From Bdellovibrionales bacterium (GTDB lineage: Bacteria > Bdellovibrionota > Bdellovibrionia > Bdellovibrionales > UBA1609), in contig CBDHDF010000002.1 in assembly GCA_965261545.1 (NCBI GenBank), forward strand, positions 448,001-512,000: DNA of 64,000 bases, given 5' to 3'. Under the pieces are notes generated by a model. It was not told where the DNA came from, ran no database searches, and was given only the letters and a program-made list of their open reading frames with translations. Below are positions 43,071 through 54,451 of the stretch, piece after piece. Each line of letters starts with the position of its first letter. Position 1 is the first letter of the stretch. The position numbers were made by a program, and so were the translations under genes.

Positions 43071-46000
43071 TTGACTCCATTACAAACTTTTGCAAGATGC
43101 ACCCTACCTTTACTTACCATGGGTCTCTCTGTTGTCATCATGGCGAGTCTTTTAGGCTGTAGTGATACAAAACAAGCTTCTTCTGTGGCAGCTTCTCCCT
43201 TTATCTCTGTGTGGCGTTTGTCCAGTGAAAATGAGTCCATCACTCTTCCGTTGCGATCAGAGTATAATTATAATTTCACTGTGGACTGGGGTGATGGTGC
43301 CTCTAGTGAAATCACATCCCATGATGACAGCGATATCACTCATACCTATGCCGAGTCTGGAGACCACATCGTCACTATTACGGGGGAGCTTGAGGCTTGG
43401 TATTTCAACAACAGTGGGAGTAAAGACAAACTCATTTCTGTGACCGACTTAGGGAATATGGGGTGGATCAACTTAGAGGGAGCCTTTGAGGGTTGCAGCA
43501 ACCTTCGTCAAGTCGGAGGAGGAGACGTCTCCAATGTCACAAACATGGATCGCATGTTTAAAGGGGCGGCTTCTATAAAGAAAATAGACTTCAGTGGATG
43601 GAATTTTGCTCTTATGGCAAAGATGGATGAGACTTTCAGTGAAGTCACCCTTCCCACAGGGGTTTATAACACACTCCTTCAGCGACTTTATGAAACCTCC
43701 ACCCATGAAAATTTCACATTAGATGTGGGGAGCTCTAAGTACGACAGCCGTTCCGAAAATATCCGACAACTCTTAAAAGAACGAGGGTGGAGTATCAGTG
43801 ATGGAGGGTTCTCTTTCTTTGTCTCTGTTTGGAGAACTTCTCAAGCAAACGAAGCCATCGCTCTCCCCTTGCCCTCAGGATACAAGTATAATTTTACTGT
43901 GGATTGGGGGGATGATTCCTCCAGCGAAATCACGTCCCATGATGACAGCGATATCACTCATATCTACGCCGAAGCTGGAGATTACACTGTCACCATTTCG
44001 GGGACCCTTGAGGCTTGGAATTTCGATAACGAGGCGACAGCACATAGGTTAAAACTCATCTCTGTGAAAGATCTTGGTGATGTGGGGTGGCGGAGTTTAA
44101 AAGGAGCCTTTAGGCAATGCCGGGCCCTTGAGTATCTAAGTGGAGGAAATGTTTCTGGAGTTACAGACATGAGCAATATGTTTGGATATGCAAAATCTAT
44201 TCATCTCGACGTTGGAGGTTGGGATACGTTCAAGGTTACAGACATGAGTTCTATGTTTGATGGGGCAGGTGTTGCCAATCCCGATGCCAGCGGTTGGAAT
44301 GTCTCCAATGTCACAGACATGAGTTATATGTTTTATGAGGCAGATGTTGCTAATCCCGACGTCAGTGGTTGGGATGTCTCCAATGTCACAGATATGAGTT
44401 ATATGTTTAATGAGGTAGGTGTTGCCAATCCCGACGTCAGCGATTGGAATGTCTCCAATGTCACAGACATGAGTTATATGTTTTATGGGGCAAATGTTGC
44501 CGATCCCGACGTCAGCGATTGGAATGTCTCCAATGTCACAGACATGAGTTATATGTTTTATGGGGCAAATGTTGCCGATCCCGACGTCAGCGATTGGAAT
44601 GTCTCCAATGTCACAAGCATGAGTTCTATGTTTAGGCAAGCCTCAATGGCTCAACCCGACGTCAGCGATTGGAATGTCTCCAATGTCACAAGCATGAGTT
44701 CTATGTTTTATGCGGCAGAGGTTGCCGATCCCGACGTTAGCGATTGGAATGTCTCCAATGTCACAAGCATGAGTTCTATGTTTTATGCGGCAGAGGTTGC
44801 CGATCCCGACGTCAGCGATTGGAATGTCTCCAATGTCACAGACATGAGTTCTATGTTTTATGCGGCAGAGGTTGCCAATCCCGACGTCAGCGATTGGAAT
44901 GTCTCCAATGTCACAGACATGAGTTCTATGTTTTATGGGGCAGAGGTTGCCGATCCCGACGTCAGCGATTGGAATGTCTCCAATGTCACAGACATGAGTT
45001 CTATGTTTTATGGGGCAAATGTTGCCGATCCCGACGTCAGCGGTTGGAATGTCTCCAATGTCACAGACATGAGTTCTATGTTTTATGGGGCAAATGTTGC
45101 CGATCCCGACGTCAGCGGTTGGAATGTCTCCAATGTCACAGATATGAATCATATGTTTTCCGATGCAAATATGGCCGATCTCGATGTGAGTCTTTGGGAT
45201 ACATCCAAGGTCACAGACATGAGTTATATGTTTTATTTTGTAAAGGCCAACCCCGATGTCAGCGGTTGGGATGTCTCCAATGTCACAAGCATGAATGCTA
45301 TGTTTGATGGGGCAGATGTTGCCAATCCCGATGTCAGCGGTTGGGATGTCTCCAATGTCACAAGCATGAATGCTATGTTTTATGGGGCAAATGTTGCCAA
45401 TCCCGATGTCAGTGGTTGGGATGTCTCCAATGTCACAGACATGAGTTATATGTTTTATGGGGCAAATGTTGCCAATCCCGATGTCAGTGGTTGGGATGTC
45501 TCCAATATCACAGACATGAGTTATATGTTTTATGGGGCAAATGTTGCCAATCCCGATGTCAGTGGTTGGGATGTCTCCAATGTCACAAACATGGGTTCTA
45601 TGTTTTCTGATACATCTGCCGCCAATCCCGACGTCAGTGGTTGGGATGTCTCCAATGTCACAGACATGAGTTATATGTTTTATGGGGCAAATGTTGCCAA
45701 TCCCGATGTCAGTGGTTGGGATGTCTCCAATGTCACAAACATGGGTTCTATGTTTTCTGATACATCTGCCGTCAATCCCGACGTCAGCGGTTGGGATGTC
45801 TCCAATGTCACAAACATGAGTTATATGTTTTATGGGGCAAATGTTGCCGATCCCGACGTCAGCGATTGGAATGTCTCCAATGTCACAGACATGAGTTCTA
45901 TGTTTTATGGGGCAAATGTTGCCGATCCCGACGTCAGCGATTGGAATGTCTCCAATGTCACAGATATGAATCATATGTTTTCCGATGCAAATATGGACGA

Positions 46001-46541
46001 TCTCGATGTAAGTCGCTGGGATACATCCAAGGTCACAGACATGAGTTATATGTTTTATTTTGTAAAGGCCAACCCCGATGTCAGCGGTTGGGATGTCTCC
46101 AATGTCACAAACATGAGTTCTATGTTTCATTTGGCATATGTTGCCAATCCCGATGTCAGCCGTTGGGATGTTTCCAATGTCACAAATATGAGATTTATGT
46201 TTTATGGGGCAGATGTTGCCAATCCCGACGTCAGCGGTTGGGATGTCTCCAATGTCACAAACATGAGTTCTATGTTTAGGCAAGCTCCAATGGCTCAACC
46301 CGATATGACTCAATGGAATTTTCTTAGTGTTACAGACATGAGTAACATGCTTGAAGGACTCACCCTTCCCACGGGAATATACAGCAGCCTGCTCAACCAA
46401 ATCCACACCACCTCACAACAGAATAATATCTCATTTCATGGTGGAAATTCAAAATACAATAATAGTGCTATTGATGCACGGAGCGCCCTCATAGATCGTA
46501 GTTGGAGTATTAGTGACGGTGGACTCGATGATGGTGGTTAA
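43071..46541 (+). CDS. BspA/DUF285 repeat surface lipoprotein (1156 aa; two PKD-like modules, about 29 repeats)
   Basis: Lipobox LLGC; VDWGD...H.Y...G.Y.V.I.G; 25-aa PDVSxWxVSNVTxMxxMF repeats; GGAGG RBS. Confidence 0.92.
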   Translation: MTPLQTFARCTLPLLTMGLSVVIMASLLGCSDTKQASSVAASPFISVWRLSSENESITLPLRSEYNYNFTVDWGDGASSEITSHDDSDITHTYAESGDHIVTITGELEAWYFNNSGSKDKLISVTDLGNMGWINLEGAFEGCSNLRQVGGGDVSNVTNMDRMFKGAASIKKIDFSGWNFALMAKMDETFSEVTLPTGVYNTLLQRLYETSTHENFTLDVGSSKYDSRSENIRQLLKERGWSISDGGFSFFVSVWRTSQANEAIALPLPSGYKYNFTVDWGDDSSSEITSHDDSDITHIYAEAGDYTVTISGTLEAWNFDNEATAHRLKLISVKDLGDVGWRSLKGAFRQCRALEYLSGGNVSGVTDMSNMFGYAKSIHLDVGGWDTFKVTDMSSMFDGAGVANPDASGWNVSNVTDMSYMFYEADVANPDVSGWDVSNVTDMSYMFNEVGVANPDVSDWNVSNVTDMSYMFYGANVADPDVSDWNVSNVTDMSYMFYGANVADPDVSDWNVSNVTSMSSMFRQASMAQPDVSDWNVSNVTSMSSMFYAAEVADPDVSDWNVSNVTSMSSMFYAAEVADPDVSDWNVSNVTDMSSMFYAAEVANPDVSDWNVSNVTDMSSMFYGAEVADPDVSDWNVSNVTDMSSMFYGANVADPDVSGWNVSNVTDMSSMFYGANVADPDVSGWNVSNVTDMNHMFSDANMADLDVSLWDTSKVTDMSYMFYFVKANPDVSGWDVSNVTSMNAMFDGADVANPDVSGWDVSNVTSMNAMFYGANVANPDVSGWDVSNVTDMSYMFYGANVANPDVSGWDVSNITDMSYMFYGANVANPDVSGWDVSNVTNMGSMFSDTSAANPDVSGWDVSNVTDMSYMFYGANVANPDVSGWDVSNVTNMGSMFSDTSAVNPDVSGWDVSNVTNMSYMFYGANVADPDVSDWNVSNVTDMSSMFYGANVADPDVSDWNVSNVTDMNHMFSDANMDDLDVSRWDTSKVTDMSYMFYFVKANPDVSGWDVSNVTNMSSMFHLAYVANPDVSRWDVSNVTNMRFMFYGADVANPDVSGWDVSNVTNMSSMFRQAPMAQPDMTQWNFLSVTDMSNMLEGLTLPTGIYSSLLNQIHTTSQQNNISFHGGNSKYNNSAIDARSALIDRSWSISDGGLDDGG
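44150..46350 (+). repeat. 75-bp coding tandem repeat array
   Basis: Recurrent GTCTCCAATGTCACA...ATGTTT...CCCGA(C/T)GTCAG. Confidence 0.95.
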
Positions 46542-46547
46542 AGTATT

Positions 46548-46622
46548 GGGTATATCCGAGTTTCTCAACAAAAAATGGGCCTAATTTCGACGTCGCAGAA
46601 TCGCATTAAAAACCAAGAAAAT
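46548..46622 (+). mobile_element. ISL3 left-end remnant (a related inverted end lies at about 47030-47079)
   Basis: Matches the reverse complement of 13621-13698. Confidence 0.75.
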
Positions 46623-46891
46623 GTGTGCCACGAAGTCACGGAGGTGACAGTCGCGTCAAAACCGAAGGAAGGTTTTCTCCGTCGGGATAAGTCTAGAGGA
46701 AGCCTGATGACCGATCTAGACGGCGTGCGGTGTAGGGGGCATGAACCTAGTACAGGCTTCAGGCTTCGTATCGGAACGTGGGAACCTGCTGGTGGATGAT
46801 AAGGGAAACGCTATAAGGGAGACCCCCGAAGTGCTAAATACCGATGCCACCAACCAGGGGCAGTGGGGGAAGTTCCCACTGCCTACTCGAC
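46623..46891 (+). other. Internally deleted group II intron remnant lacking domain V
   Basis: GTGTG start; shares 15862-15945 and domain VI with the intron at 15512; joined at GGGGCAG. Confidence 0.7.
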
Positions 46892-46966
46892 AATTCAATT
46901 TAATAGAGCGCAAGTTGACAGTTATTCCACAATAATATTAGTAGTTTACATAGAATGAACACATGA

Positions 46967-47035
46967 TGTTAGGCGCCAATTAAAATTGGTCACTCTTAGG
47001 AGCCGTCGCCAATTAAAAGCGGCCATTCTGTGACA
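46967..47035. mobile_element. Tiny IS21-like end remnant
   Basis: TGTTAGGCGCCAATTAAAATTGG...CGCCAAT, related to the end at 15134. Confidence 0.55.
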
Positions 47036-47176
47036 TCGAAGTTGGACCCATTTTTTTGTTGAAAAACTCGGATTTACCCAAAAAAGACCTTTTATCCTTG
47101 GAGCCAATTATACCCAAACTTGAAGGAGGAGTTATGACCCGGGACCCCGATGGCCTGGTTTAACCCGCCCATCGGG

Positions 47177-47439
47177 GCGAGCGGCTTTGGCGGTCTGTTA
47201 AGTACGAAGAGGTTTACTTGAAAGGCTATCAAGACAAATCAATGGTTCAAGCCAACAAAGGTTTTAAAACGTATTTTAATTTTTATAATAATAAAAGGCC
47301 ACACCAGTCTCTTCAGGATTGCACCCCTTATCAGGTGCATATGGAGAGGTGGATTTAACACATTAACACGGGGCTTCTTTGTGCGCTGTGGTGTAGCTTA
47401 AAAATCAAGTTTTTCAGTCTGACATTGGGGTCCACCTCA
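47177..47439 (+). mobile_element. IS3 3' fragment with right IR, preceded by a 32-bp remnant of the CCC-type IS21 end
   Basis: Matches 23111-23373; 47150-47176 matches 40228-40254. Confidence 0.85.
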
Positions 47440-49665
47440 TTGTCGGAAAATACTTGAACCACCATCCTCGGGTCCACCGTCACTAATGCTCCAACCACGA
47501 TCACTCAGGGCGCTTCGTGCATCAGTGGCACTGCTATTGTATTTTGAATTTCCACCATGGAATGAAATATTATTCTGTTGTGAGGTGCTGTGGATTTGGT
47601 TGAGCAGGCTGCTGTATATTGCCGTGGGAAGGGTGAGCCCTTCAAGCATGTGACTCATGTTTGTGACACTAAGGAAATTCCATGGGGTCATATCGGGTTG
47701 AGCCATTGGGGCTTGCCTAAACATAGCACTCATGTTTGTGACATTGGAGACATCCCAACCGCTTACGTCGGGATTGGCAACAACTGCCCCATTAAACATA
47801 TTTCCCATGTATGTGACACTGGAGACATCCCAACCGCTTACGTCGGGATTGGCAACAACTGCCCCATTAAACATATTTCCCATGTTTGTGACATTGGAGA
47901 CATCCCAACCACTCACATCGGGATTGGCAACATATGCCCTAGAAAACATACTACTCATGTATGTGACATTGGAGACATCCCAGCCGCTGACATCGGGATT
48001 GGCAACAACTGCCCCATTAAACATAGTACTCATGTATGTGACATTGGAGACATCCCAACCGCTTACGTCGGGATTGGCAGCAGATGCCTCAAGAAACATA
48101 GAACCCATGTATGTGACATTGGAGACATCCCAACCGCTTACGTCGGGATTGACGGCCGTTGTCTGAGCAAACATAGAACCCATGTCTGTCACCTTGGATG
48201 TATCCCAACTGCTTACGTCGGGATTGGTGGCAGACGTATCATAAAACATAGCACTCATGTTTGTGACATTGGAGACATCCCAACCGCTTACGTCGGGATT
48301 GGCAACATATGCCCCAGAAAACATAGAATTCATGTTTGTGACCTTGGATGTATCCCAAAGGCTTACGTCGGGATTGGCAACATACGCATCGGAAAACATA
48401 TTGCTCATATCTGTGACCTTGGATGTATCCCAAAGGCTTACGTCGGGATTGGCGGCAGGTGCACGATAAAACATATTACTCATATCTGTGACCTTGGATG
48501 TATCCCAAAGGCTTACGTCGGGATTGGCAACACCTGCCTCAGAAAACATAGAACTCATGTCTGTGACCCTAGAAACATTTCCTCCCCCCAGATCAAGAGC
48601 CCGGGATTGCCTAAAGGCTCCTTTTAAACTCCGCCACCCCACATCGCCTAGGTCTTTCACAGAGATGAGTTTTAACCGATGGGCTGTCGCCTCTTGATCG
48701 AAATTCCAAGCCTCAAGGGTCCCCGAAATGGTGACAGTGTAGTCTCCAGCTGTTGCATAGGTATGTGTGACATCGCTGTCATCATGGGATGTGATCTCAC
48801 TGGAGGAGGAATCATCCCCCCAATCCACAGTAAAATTATACTTGTATCCTGAGGGCAAGGGGAGAGCGATGGCTTCGTTTGCTTGAGAAGTTCTCCAAAC
48901 AGAGACAAAGAAAGAAAACCCTCCATCGTTGATACTCCACCCTCGTTCTTTTAAGAGTTGTCGGATATTTTCGGAACGACTGTCGTACTTAGAACTCCCC
49001 CCATCCAATGTGAAATTTTCTTGGGTGGAGGTTTCATAAAGCCGCTGAAGGAGTGTGTTATAGGCCACTGTGGGAAGGGTGACTTCACTGAAAGTTTCAT
49101 CCATCTTTGCCAAAAGAGCAAAATTCCATCCACTGAAGTCTATTTTTTTTATAGAAGTCGCCCCTTTGAACATGCGATCCATGTTTGTGACATGGGAGAC
49201 GTCTCCTCCTCCGACTTGACGAAGGTTGCTGCAACCATTAAAGGCTCCCTCTAAGTTGATCCACCCCGTATTCCCTAAGTCGGTCACAGAAGTGAGTTTG
49301 TCTTTGCTCCCACTGTTGTTGAAATACCAAGCCTCAAGCTCCCCCGAAATAGTGACAGTATAATCTCCAGACTCGGCATAGGTATGAGTGATATCGCTGT
49401 CATCATGGGATGTGATCTCACTGGAGGAATCATCCCCCCAATCCACAGTGAAATTATATTGATATCCTGATCGCAGCGGAAGAGTGATGGACTCATTGTC
49501 ACTGGACAAACGCCACACAGAGATAAAGGGAGAAGCTGCCACAGAAGGAGCTTGTTTTGTATCACTACAGCCTAAAAGACTCGCCATGGTCAGGCCAACA
49601 AAGAGACCCATGGTAAGTAAAGGTAGGGGGAGGGGGACTCTTGCAAAAGTTTGTAATGGAGTCAA
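47437..49665 (-). CDS. BspA/DUF285 lipoprotein paralog (about 742 aa, about 12 repeats)
   Basis: Termini nearly identical to the gene at 43071; TTG start after GGAGG. Confidence 0.92.
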   Translation of the reverse strand: MTPLQTFARVPLPLPLLTMGLFVGLTMASLLGCSDTKQAPSVAASPFISVWRLSSDNESITLPLRSGYQYNFTVDWGDDSSSEITSHDDSDITHTYAESGDYTVTISGELEAWYFNNSGSKDKLTSVTDLGNTGWINLEGAFNGCSNLRQVGGGDVSHVTNMDRMFKGATSIKKIDFSGWNFALLAKMDETFSEVTLPTVAYNTLLQRLYETSTQENFTLDGGSSKYDSRSENIRQLLKERGWSINDGGFSFFVSVWRTSQANEAIALPLPSGYKYNFTVDWGDDSSSSEITSHDDSDVTHTYATAGDYTVTISGTLEAWNFDQEATAHRLKLISVKDLGDVGWRSLKGAFRQSRALDLGGGNVSRVTDMSSMFSEAGVANPDVSLWDTSKVTDMSNMFYRAPAANPDVSLWDTSKVTDMSNMFSDAYVANPDVSLWDTSKVTNMNSMFSGAYVANPDVSGWDVSNVTNMSAMFYDTSATNPDVSSWDTSKVTDMGSMFAQTTAVNPDVSGWDVSNVTYMGSMFLEASAANPDVSGWDVSNVTYMSTMFNGAVVANPDVSGWDVSNVTYMSSMFSRAYVANPDVSGWDVSNVTNMGNMFNGAVVANPDVSGWDVSSVTYMGNMFNGAVVANPDVSGWDVSNVTNMSAMFRQAPMAQPDMTPWNFLSVTNMSHMLEGLTLPTAIYSSLLNQIHSTSQQNNISFHGGNSKYNSSATDARSALSDRGWSISDGGPEDGGSSIFRQ

Positions 49666-50049
49666 AGCTGACCTCCTCCGCTCATATTTTTTTCTTCTCA
49701 CCTTTTCTTCTTCTCAACTCGATATAAGAATATATAATATATATTATATGTGCACTCTGGTTAAGGTGAAAACGCTGATTTAGATTTATAGACTTTATAA
49801 ATAAGAGGATCGAAGGAAGTCCTGCTCAAGGTCGTGGTTTTGGGTAGATTATTCTGGATAAAGTACCCGAGTTTGACAGCAGCAGGTGTGTTAAATGGCT
49901 AAAATTGGTCTGAGCTAAAATATATCCATAGTAGAGCGAATTTGCGGAAAAAAGTGTGGTAAACAAAATATGAAAAAAAATCATTCACATTACTGTTATC
50001 ACTTGATCTTATTCATTTTTAGTAGTCACATTTCCTTATGTTCATACGG

Positions 50050-50412
50050 CAATGCCGTTTCCTTAAGCCACCACACCCCTCTGCCTCTGCGTTAAGCTAT
50101 TTCTTTTAAAAGAACTCCCAGCCCTTTTGATAGACCTTTCATAGCTTCTTTTGAAGTGCCTCCTCTTCTCCATTGAAATCTTCATCAGCAACTTTATCTG
50201 CTTCCTAAATTTCTGATAGAGCCCCGCAACAAAAAGAGGGATGCTATCCATTATGAAATCAAGAATCAGTTTAAAGTTAGGTTTTTTGTAGTCATTTTTT
50301 ACCAACTGATTCACACTGTCTTCATCCTCATTTATGCTCATTTGAATCTTTGTATAATTGAAGAGCCAAAAATAAGAATACAGCTCTTGCAATATTCCAT
50401 TAAGGCTTGTTG
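50050..50412 (-). mobile_element. Truncated IS4 copy (right end)
   Basis: Near-identical to 33019-33381; abuts the full copy in inverted orientation. Confidence 0.9.
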
Positions 50413-51835
50413 CAATGCCGTTTCCTTAAGAAAAATCTCTTGAAATCATTAGATAAATCGACAAGAATAAGACTTGTTTTATTTTACACCCAACCCTCAA
50501 CCAAGGAGTAAGTCACATGCAATCCAATATTGATCTCGAAAGCCCCCAAATGACGAGTTCGCGTCACAGATGACCATTTTATTCTACCAAAACTTGATTC
50601 TTCCTTCAAGCCAGAGCACCTTGTCGATCCAGAAAAACAAAAAAGGAATCGAAAATTTAATCCTCAAATTTTCTTTTTTACCATTATCTATCTTATTTCC
50701 GGAACAAATTACGAAGGCTACCAAATCGCTCTTAAGACGGTATGGACTCATTTTGGTGACCTGCTTCTCATGCCAGTCAAAAGCAGTCTCAGCAAGATAC
50801 GTCAAAGTATTTCTTACCTATTTTTCAAAGATATCTTTGAATCTCTGATTACAGACTACGAACCATTGAGAAAAACGTTTCATGGTTTTTATATCTATGC
50901 CATAGATGGCGACCAATTAGCACTTCCTCGCTCTAAAGATCTTTTAAAGGAGGGTTATTGTGGGTACCCTTGCCCAAATGAGATGGAAACTCATTTCTTA
51001 CGTATGTATCTATCTCATGCTTATGACGTTTTATCGGGTGTGACAAAGAATCTTTGCTTTTCTCCCGCTCTCAACGAAATCGCCAATGCTATTCAAATGA
51101 TAGGTAGTTTTGAGAGTAATAGCATAACTCTCTACGATAGGCTTTATTTATCTACAGAGATTATTAAGGCCCATGCTCAAGCCAGTAACTTCTTTATTGC
51201 GCGTTGTAAGCGAGGCTCTACTTTTATCCCCATCGTAAATTTATTTAATGGCCCAGGTTGGTATTCACAAATGGTTATTGAGGGGGTGGTCATTCATCTC
51301 TATAAGTATAAAAACCCAAAGACTGGGGAGTTCTCTGTTTTGGCCACTAATCTTCCGCATGGCTCCTTGGACAAGAAGGATATGGTTGCTCTTTACTCTC
51401 GTCGTTGGGAAATAGAAACGACATTTCGTGATTTTACATCGACAATGAAAATGGAGCAGTGGCACTCAACAAGCCTTAATGGAATATTGCAAGAGCTGTA
51501 TTCTTATTTTTGGCTCTTCAATTATACAAAGATTCAAATGAGCATAAATGAGGATGAAGACAGTGTGAATCAGTTGGTAAAAAATGACTACAAAAAACCT
51601 AACTTTAAACTGATTCTTGATTTCATAATGGATAGCATCCCCCTTTTTGTTGCGGGGCTCTATCAGAAATTTAGGAAGCAGATAAAGTTGCTGATGAAGA
51701 TTTCAATGGAGAAGAGGAGGCACTTCAAAAGAAGCTATGAAAGGTCTATCAAAAGGGCTGGGAGTTCTTTTAAAAGAAATAGCTTAACGCAGAGGCAGAG
51801 GCAGAGGGGTGTGGTGGCTTAAGGAAACGGCATTG
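50413..51835 (+). mobile_element. IS4-family element (transposase ORF 50770-51822)
   Basis: Same IRs as 33019; no TSD. Confidence 0.92.
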
Positions 51836-51899
51836 ACCCCAAGGGCCTACGCGTCGCGCTTCGGCCAGCCCCTTTGGCGACCTGGCTTCACCCTGATAT

Positions 51900-53542
51900 C
51901 AGCAATTCCCGTCGAAAAATAGTTTAGGCCACAGTAGTGGCTTCCAAAAGATTCGCCTCAAAAAGAGTTCGTAGACTTTTGCCTAAGTATCTGTTTGAAT
52001 ATTTGTTGTTGCACATCAGACCAAGGAGGGTTCGTCATGTCGCATCAACATTTTAGAAAAGGTCTATCCGCTTCAGGAATGTATTCCCTGTTACACAGTA
52101 AATCTCTTGCAGTTCCAGATATAAGATCGCAGCGTCCCCATAGGATTCCTCTGAGCGATGCCATTATGTCATCTGTGGCAATGTTTGCCTTGAAAGATCC
52201 ATCCATGCTTCAGTTTTGTGATCGTGTCCATGACCCAGTGGCAAAAAACAACCTACACCATTTGTTTCAAATAGGCCAAATTCCTAGTGATACGGCTATG
52301 CGAGAGATTTTAGATCCTGTTCCAACCCGTGAGTTTCAAAATTTTTTTAAATCTTTGTTTACCGTAGCTCAAAGAGGGAAGGTTTTGGAGGGTTACCCAT
52401 ATTTGGGTGGAAAATATCTTCTCAGCATTGATGGAACAGGTGCCTTTAGCTCCTCGACTATTCATTGTGAGAATTGTTGTATAAAGAATCATCGTGATGA
52501 GACGAAGACCTACTATCATCAAATGTTAGCAGGAGTGATTGTTCACCCCGATAAGAAACAGGTTATACCTATTGCTCCAGAGCCCATTTCAAACACAGAT
52601 GGATCGAGCAAAAATGATTGTGAGCGTAATGCAGCCAAACGACTCCTTGAAGATTTTCGCAGGGAACACCCTCACCTTCCAGTGATTGTTATTGAGGATG
52701 GATTGGCTTCCAATGCTCCTCACATCACTCTTCTTAACGAATTAAAATTAAGTTATATTTTAGGCTGTAAGATGGGGGACCACAAAGTTTTATTTGAGTT
52801 TGTAAATGGAGCAGATAGCTTAGGAACAGTTTCTCACTTCACCGTGGTAGAGAATGGAGTGACACATGAATTTCGATTCATAAATGATGTTTCACTCAAT
52901 GATTCAAATCCTGATTGTCGAGTGAATTTTATTGAATACAAAGAAACGAAAGCAAACGGTAAGGTTCAGCACTTTAGCTGGGTGACTGACATTGAGATCA
53001 ACGAAGACAACATAATGCAAATAATGAGGGGGGGAAGAGCACGCTGGAAGATAGAAAATGAAACATTTAATACGTTAAAGAATTTGGGTTACAACTTTGA
53101 GCACAATTTTGGCCACGGCAAGCAAAATTTGTCTAACAATTTAGCCGTGATTATGATGCTGGTATTTTTAGTGGACCAACTTCAACATTTGGCCTGTAAA
53201 TTGTTTCAAAAGGCGGTAGAAAAAGAGAGGAGACTATCTTATCTATGGGATCATATGAGGGGGTATTTCCATACCCTATACTTTAAAAATTGGCAGGAAC
53301 TCCTCGCCATAATGGCTTATGGGATTAAGCCTATTGCTGCCTCAGATGTTTTCGACACATCATGAGCAGCCATTTTTCTCAAAGTGCCCCAAAGAGTTTA
53401 ACGTATTTGCCCTAAACTAAAGTCTGGACATTCGCCTCTAAATGGCGAAGACGGGGAGGTTTACCTTATTCGATGCAGTGCAATTCTCACACTGAGATTT
53501 GGAGGAATTTCAATGTTTTTTCAAGCTCGGCGGGAATTTCTG
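51900..53542 (+). mobile_element. ISNCY/IS4-like element with intact transposase (about 52037-53365)
   Basis: IR CAG(C/A)AATTCCCG; 9-bp TSD CCCTGATAT; SIDG, EDGL, GRARWKIENETFNTLK. Confidence 0.9.
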
Positions 53543-53615
53543 CCCTGATATTCATAGGGTAGCCTCTCTGTATGTTGTATGTTATGTTAAAAAAAAGGAA
53601 AAAATGTCAATTATA

Positions 53616-53821
53616 TAACCTGACCTAATTATCGTGTGTTCATTCTGTGTAAACTACTAATATTATTGTGGAATAACTGTCAACTCGCGCTCTATTAATA
53701 TGAGATATACTGTTGTTCTATAATTTATAGAAAGTATCAATTAGGTCGGCTGTTGGGCAGTATCTCTTGATTAATGTACAGAGTTTAGACACTATGAACA
53801 CACGATAACTAGGTCAAGTTA
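53616..53821. mobile_element. MITE, 206 bp, inserted in an IS256 end remnant (about 53595-53937)
   Basis: 28-bp IR TAAC(C/T)TGACCTA(A/G)TTATCGTGTGTTCAT; TSD CAATTATA; empty site near 56920. Confidence 0.88.
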
Positions 53822-54245
53822 CAATTATACATTGACGAATAATATGGGGCTGTGCTTTTTACCAGGAGTGGAGCCACATAAGTGGCTTTAAGATTTAAGA
53901 AAAAAATTGCAGTTACACAATTATTTTTACAGTCCCGACAGAACCAAGAACCCAGACGTCTTAAGCCATAGGTTTGTGCTTGCTGTCAAAGGTTCTCACA
54001 GCATTTAAAATGAATGAAGTAAAATTGCATCTGAATCTTTCCGATATAATGATATAATAATTGGTTCTGGCTTCGCCAGGTTAGTTTTATATGATCTAAC
54101 AACTTTACGTTTCGAGAGTACGAGAACAGATTTAGGAGATTTACGCCACTTTGGTTATAGCCCTTTATTTAAAGTCTAAAATTGTATCTGCCGAATGAAA
54201 ATAAAGGAGTCATAAGGTTTTTCTATCGCACCCTCTCCTTTTTTC

Positions 54246-54411
54246 GTAACTGCTCACCCCCTGGCGATCTGTTTCGTCACCTGCGGTAGCGACTTCCTTC
54301 GACGTACCCAAAAGTACGTCTCCAGTCGTCGCCGCCTTGGTTCCTCGCATCTCATCCAGGCTGTGAGTAGTTACCGTGCTTTAAAGCAAGACCAAGGGGG
54401 TGAGTAGTTAC
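54246..54411. mobile_element. IS66-type MITE, 166 bp
   Basis: GTAACTGCTCACCCC...GGGGTGAGTAGTTAC; 8-bp TSD CTTTTTTC. Confidence 0.82.
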
Positions 54412-54451
54412 CTTTTTTCTTTATTAGAACAAGCCACCGGAGGTACGAAAG

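Noticed and set aside
44136..48627. Long Cys/His-rich repeat ORFs (44643-46406 -, 47590-48627 + and others)
   Set aside because: Antisense or alternate-frame shadows of the 75-bp BspA repeats
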